Shown piece after piece: positions 61,200-64,000 of a stretch of DNA of 64,000 nt; the stretch's first letter is position 1, and every line of letters starts with the position of its first letter. The DNA comes from an uncultured Acidimicrobiales bacterium (lineage in GTDB: Bacteria; Actinomycetota; Acidimicrobiia; Acidimicrobiales; CALAML01), in NCBI GenBank assembly GCA_937925845.1, contig CALAML010000077.1, positions 6,946 to 70,945 on the forward strand, in the 5' to 3' direction. Under the pieces are notes generated by a model. The model worked only from the letters and a program-made list of their open reading frames with translations, made no database searches and was not told the origin of the DNA. Made by a program: the position numbers and the translations under genes.

Positions 61200-62365
61200 C
61201 GATCAAGGTCTCCAAGGATGAAGTACATGCTGGCGAGAATGGTGATGATGTCGGGAACATAGACGCCGCGCAGGATCCACGACGTGATGGACATGTTCGA
61301 AAACGACGCCGAGCGAATCTTCACCCGGAACGGTCCGGTATCGCCGCGGCTCACGATGTAGTAGCCCATCTCGCCGAGCGGGTTTTCGGTGCGCACGTAG
61401 GCTTCGCCCTCTGGCACCTTGATGATGCGGGGCACCTTAGCCATGATCGGCCCGCCCGGAATGTTGTCGAGGAGCTGGTCGACGATATTGGCTGCTTCGC
61501 GGGTCTCCTGGAGTCGCACCCAGTATCGGGCGAAGGAGTCGCCGTCGTCGTGGGTCCAGACTTTCCAGTCGATCTCGTCGTAGGCCAGGCCGATATTCTC
61601 GTCGCGGCGCAGGTCCCAGTCGACTCCGCTGGAGCGAAGGTTGGCGCCCGACAGACCGTATTCGAGGGCGACCGACGGCGGGATTACCCCGATGCCGACA
61701 CAGCGCTGAAGGAAGATCTCGTTGCCGACCACCAGGTCGTCCATCTGGTCACAGAACGTGCGGACCTTGTCCATGGCCTGCTTGGTCTCTTTGATCCAGC
61801 CAGCGGGCAGGTCGTCCTTCAGGCCGCCGATGCGGTCGAAGTTGGGGTGGAAGCGACCACCGGTGACCGCTTCGATCTGGTTGAGCACAAACTCGCGGTC
61901 ACGGAAGGCAAAGAAGGCCGGGGTGATGGCGCCGAGCTGCACCGCCATATCGCCGAGGAACAGGATGATGTTGGCGATACGGCTGAGCTCGAACAACACG
62001 GTGCGGATGTAGCGGGCCCGCTCCGGGGCCTCGATGTCCATCAGCTGTTCGGCCGCGAGGATGAAGGGCACTTCGTTGGCGAAGCTGCCGACCCAGTCGA
62101 TGCGGTTGATCAGGGTGGTGACCTGGGGGTAGGAACGAACTTCGGTCAGCTTTTCGTAGCCGCGGTGCATGTAGCCCATGACCGGGTCGGCCGAGATGAC
62201 CTGTTCGCCGTCGAGACGGGCCACGATACGCAGCGTCCCGTGGGTGGCGGGGTGCTGGGGACCGATGTTGATCGTCATCCCCTCGGTTTCGAGCTCCACG
62301 TTCACCCGGGCGTCGGCGGCCTGGGTGGCGATGTAGTTCAGCTGGTCGCGTTCGGTGATGGCCAT
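61196..62365 (-). CDS. nuoD: NADH-quinone oxidoreductase subunit D
   Basis: 389 aa with INIGPQHPATHGTLRI and the C-terminal [12 protein letters not shown]. Confidence 0.93.
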   Translation of the reverse strand: MAITERDQLNYIATQAADARVNVELETEGMTINIGPQHPATHGTLRIVARLDGEQVISADPVMGYMHRGYEKLTEVRSYPQVTTLINRIDWVGSFANEVPFILAAEQLMDIEAPERARYIRTVLFELSRIANIILFLGDMAVQLGAITPAFFAFRDREFVLNQIEAVTGGRFHPNFDRIGGLKDDLPAGWIKETKQAMDKVRTFCDQMDDLVVGNEIFLQRCVGIGVIPPSVALEYGLSGANLRSSGVDWDLRRDENIGLAYDEIDWKVWTHDDGDSFARYWVRLQETREAANIVDQLLDNIPGGPIMAKVPRIIKVPEGEAYVRTENPLGEMGYYIVSRGDTGPFRVKIRSASFSNMSITSWILRGVYVPDIITILASMYFILGDLDR

Positions 62366-62366
62366 G

Positions 62367-63104
62367 TCAGGCTCCGGCTTCCGCGGTCGCTTCTTCTTTG
62401 GGTTCGTCTTCGCCGGGCATGGGCTCGACGTCGACGATGCCGGGCCACGGTTTCACGTGCCGGGCCAGCAGAGGGAAGTCCTTGCGAAGGGGATGGCCTT
62501 CGAAGTCGGTGGGCAGGTAGAGGGCCCGCAGCGACGGGTGACCTTCGAAGTTGAGCCCGAACATCTCCCAGGCTTCGCGCTCGTGCCAGGCGGCACCGGC
62601 AAACACCTCAACCCAGGAGGCCACGGTGAGGTCGGGCAGGTCCACCTTGAGGGTGAGCGAGGTGTGGTTGACCAGGTTCGAGAGCCGGGCAAACACCTGG
62701 AAGCGGCTGTCGCCTCCGGCGTAGCCAGTGACGATTTCGTCGCTGACTTCGGCCGCTTCGGCCCGGCCCAGAGCCAGATCGACCGAGGAGTCTTCGCTGC
62801 GGCCGTAGGGCGATTCCATCCAGTCCATGGCCGACAGGAAGTCGAAGTAGTCCATGCCCATGGCCCCTTTGGCCACTTCGGCGGCATGACGCCAGCTGCC
62901 GTTTTCCACCCGTACCCAGGTGTCGCGGCCAACTTCGATGTGGTGTTCGATAACGCCTTCGCCCATTTCGGAGCGGAACCGCTCCACCAGGGCTTCGCGG
63001 GCCTCGTCGACCGGGGCTTCTTCAACCTCTTCGGCTTCTTCGGCTCCAGCCGCCGCCTCTTCAGCGCCGTCTGCTTGCGGGGTCTCGTTCTCAGCTGACG
63101 ACAA
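62367..63104 (-). CDS. nuoC: NADH-quinone oxidoreductase subunit C (acidic N-terminal extension, start uncertain)
   Basis: Core has [36 protein letters not shown]. The track ORF (to 63281) overlaps nuoB. A TTG at 63102-63104 is the nearest start after the nuoB stop region. Confidence 0.82.
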   Translation of the reverse strand: MSSAENETPQADGAEEAAAGAEEAEEVEEAPVDEAREALVERFRSEMGEGVIEHHIEVGRDTWVRVENGSWRHAAEVAKGAMGMDYFDFLSAMDWMESPYGRSEDSSVDLALGRAEAAEVSDEIVTGYAGGDSRFQVFARLSNLVNHTSLTLKVDLPDLTVASWVEVFAGAAWHEREAWEMFGLNFEGHPSLRALYLPTDFEGHPLRKDFPLLARHVKPWPGIVDVEPMPGEDEPKEEATAEAGA

Positions 63105-63591
63105 TGGGATCTCCCGTCCAACGGGTGGCCATGTCTTCGTTCTGGATCTTCTCTTGCAGCAGAACGATGCCTTCAAGCAGTGCTTCGGGCCGCGGCGGGC
63201 AGCCGGGCACGTAGACGTCCACAGGGATGATCTGGTCGACGCCCTTGGTGACCGAGTACGAGTCCCAATAGGGGCCGCCACAGTTGGCGCACGAGCCCAT
63301 CGAGATGACGTATTTCGGGTCGGGCATCTGTTCCCAGAGCCGCAGTACCGCCGGGGCCATTTTGTCGGTGACCGTGCCCGAGATGCAGACCAGGTCGGCT
63401 TGGCGGGGGCTGGCCGGGAAGGGGATAACGCCGAGGCGCATGATGTCGTAGCGGGGCGAAACCATGGCCGAGGCCATTTCGAGGGCGCAGCACGCCAGGC
63501 CCCACTGGTACATCCACAGTGAGTAGCGGCGGCTCAGGTTCAACAGGTACGTGAGCGGTTTGGGGATTTTTCCAGATTCAACAAGACCCAT
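63091..63591 (-). CDS. nuoB: NADH-quinone oxidoreductase subunit B
   Basis: N2-cluster cysteines: [27 protein letters not shown]. Confidence 0.94.
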   Translation of the reverse strand: MGLVESGKIPKPLTYLLNLSRRYSLWMYQWGLACCALEMASAMVSPRYDIMRLGVIPFPASPRQADLVCISGTVTDKMAPAVLRLWEQMPDPKYVISMGSCANCGGPYWDSYSVTKGVDQIIPVDVYVPGCPPRPEALLEGIVLLQEKIQNEDMATRWTGDPIVVS

Positions 63592-63604
63592 TACTTACCT
63601 TCCC

Positions 63605-63970
63605 TTACACCCATCGGAGGACTCCCTTGCGCCAGGCGTAGATCAGCCCGAGCAGCAGGATGAACACAAAGATCAGCATTTCGATGAGGCCAAAGAGGCC
63701 GTAGGCCTCGAGCCGGGTGGCCCACGGGAAGATGAACACCGCTTCCACATCAAACATCACAAAGAGCACGGCGAAGATGTAATAGCGCACCTGGCTCTGG
63801 CTCCACTCGAAGCCGACCGGGTCCACACCGCTCTCGTAGGGAATGTATTTCTGTGCCTGTCGACGATTCGGACGCAGCAGCGCGCCGAGGCCCAACATCA
63901 GCCCAACGAGGACGAACGGGGCCGCCGCGAAGAGCCCGACCGTCAGGTAGTCGCGAAGGAAGTCAGACAC
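63605..63970 (-). CDS. nuoA: NADH-quinone oxidoreductase subunit A
   Basis: 121 aa with 3 TM helices. YESGVDPVG and FDVEAVFIFPWA motifs. Confidence 0.92.
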   Translation of the reverse strand: MSDFLRDYLTVGLFAAAPFVLVGLMLGLGALLRPNRRQAQKYIPYESGVDPVGFEWSQSQVRYYIFAVLFVMFDVEAVFIFPWATRLEAYGLFGLIEMLIFVFILLLGLIYAWRKGVLRWV

Positions 63971-64000
63971 GGGGGTTTAGCCTACTTTCCCAGTTGTAAA

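Noticed and set aside
59928-62554. Plus-strand ORFs of 444 aa and 334 aa antisense to nuoI/nuoH/nuoD
   Set aside because: Shadow ORFs within a tightly packed and clearly identified nuo operon.

Overview
High-GC (about 63-65%) bacterial chromosome, Actinomycetota-like and possibly Acidimicrobiia, judged from protein signatures plus F420- and mycothiol-type enzymes. Coding density is high. Three blocks: (1) 1.3-17 kb, minus strand, the conserved transcription/translation cluster tRNA-Thr, tRNA-Met, tuf, rpmG, [ECF sigma], tRNA-Trp, secE, nusG, rplK, rplA, rplJ, rplL, rpoB, rpoC. (2) 17-53 kb, a mixed metabolic and accessory region: YajQ, GNAT, GH5 cellulase, amidase, TrmH, MaoC, acs, GHKL ATPase, lipoproteins, haloalkane dehalogenase, a GrdB-like gene, a PD40/RTX protein, PhyH, F420/flavin enzymes, TetR plus ABC-2 exporter, lactate-oxidase-like, Hbd and a DUF185 methyltransferase. 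(3) 53-64 kb, minus strand, a contiguous nuoA-B-C-D-H-I-J-K-L-M-N cluster with no nuoE/F/G. Most notable observations: (a) a GrdB-family gene carries an in-frame TGA followed by a UxxC motif and a SECIS-like hairpin, and is translationally coupled to a DhlA-type haloalkane dehalogenase. (b) Two copies of a roughly 170-190 nt element with terminal inverted repeats are bounded by CTAG, and the right-hand CTAG supplies the stop codon of the adjacent gene in both copies. (c) The complex-I cluster has 11 genes and lacks the NADH-oxidising module. (d) Acidic Ala/Glu/Pro low-complexity extensions occur in core proteins, including a tail of about 105 aa on L10 and an insertion of about 64 aa in NuoL. 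(e) A 53-nt palindromic intergenic element is present as one intact and one diverged copy. No CRISPR array, rRNA, prophage or intact IS element was seen. All family assignments come from reading motifs in the translations. No database search was run.
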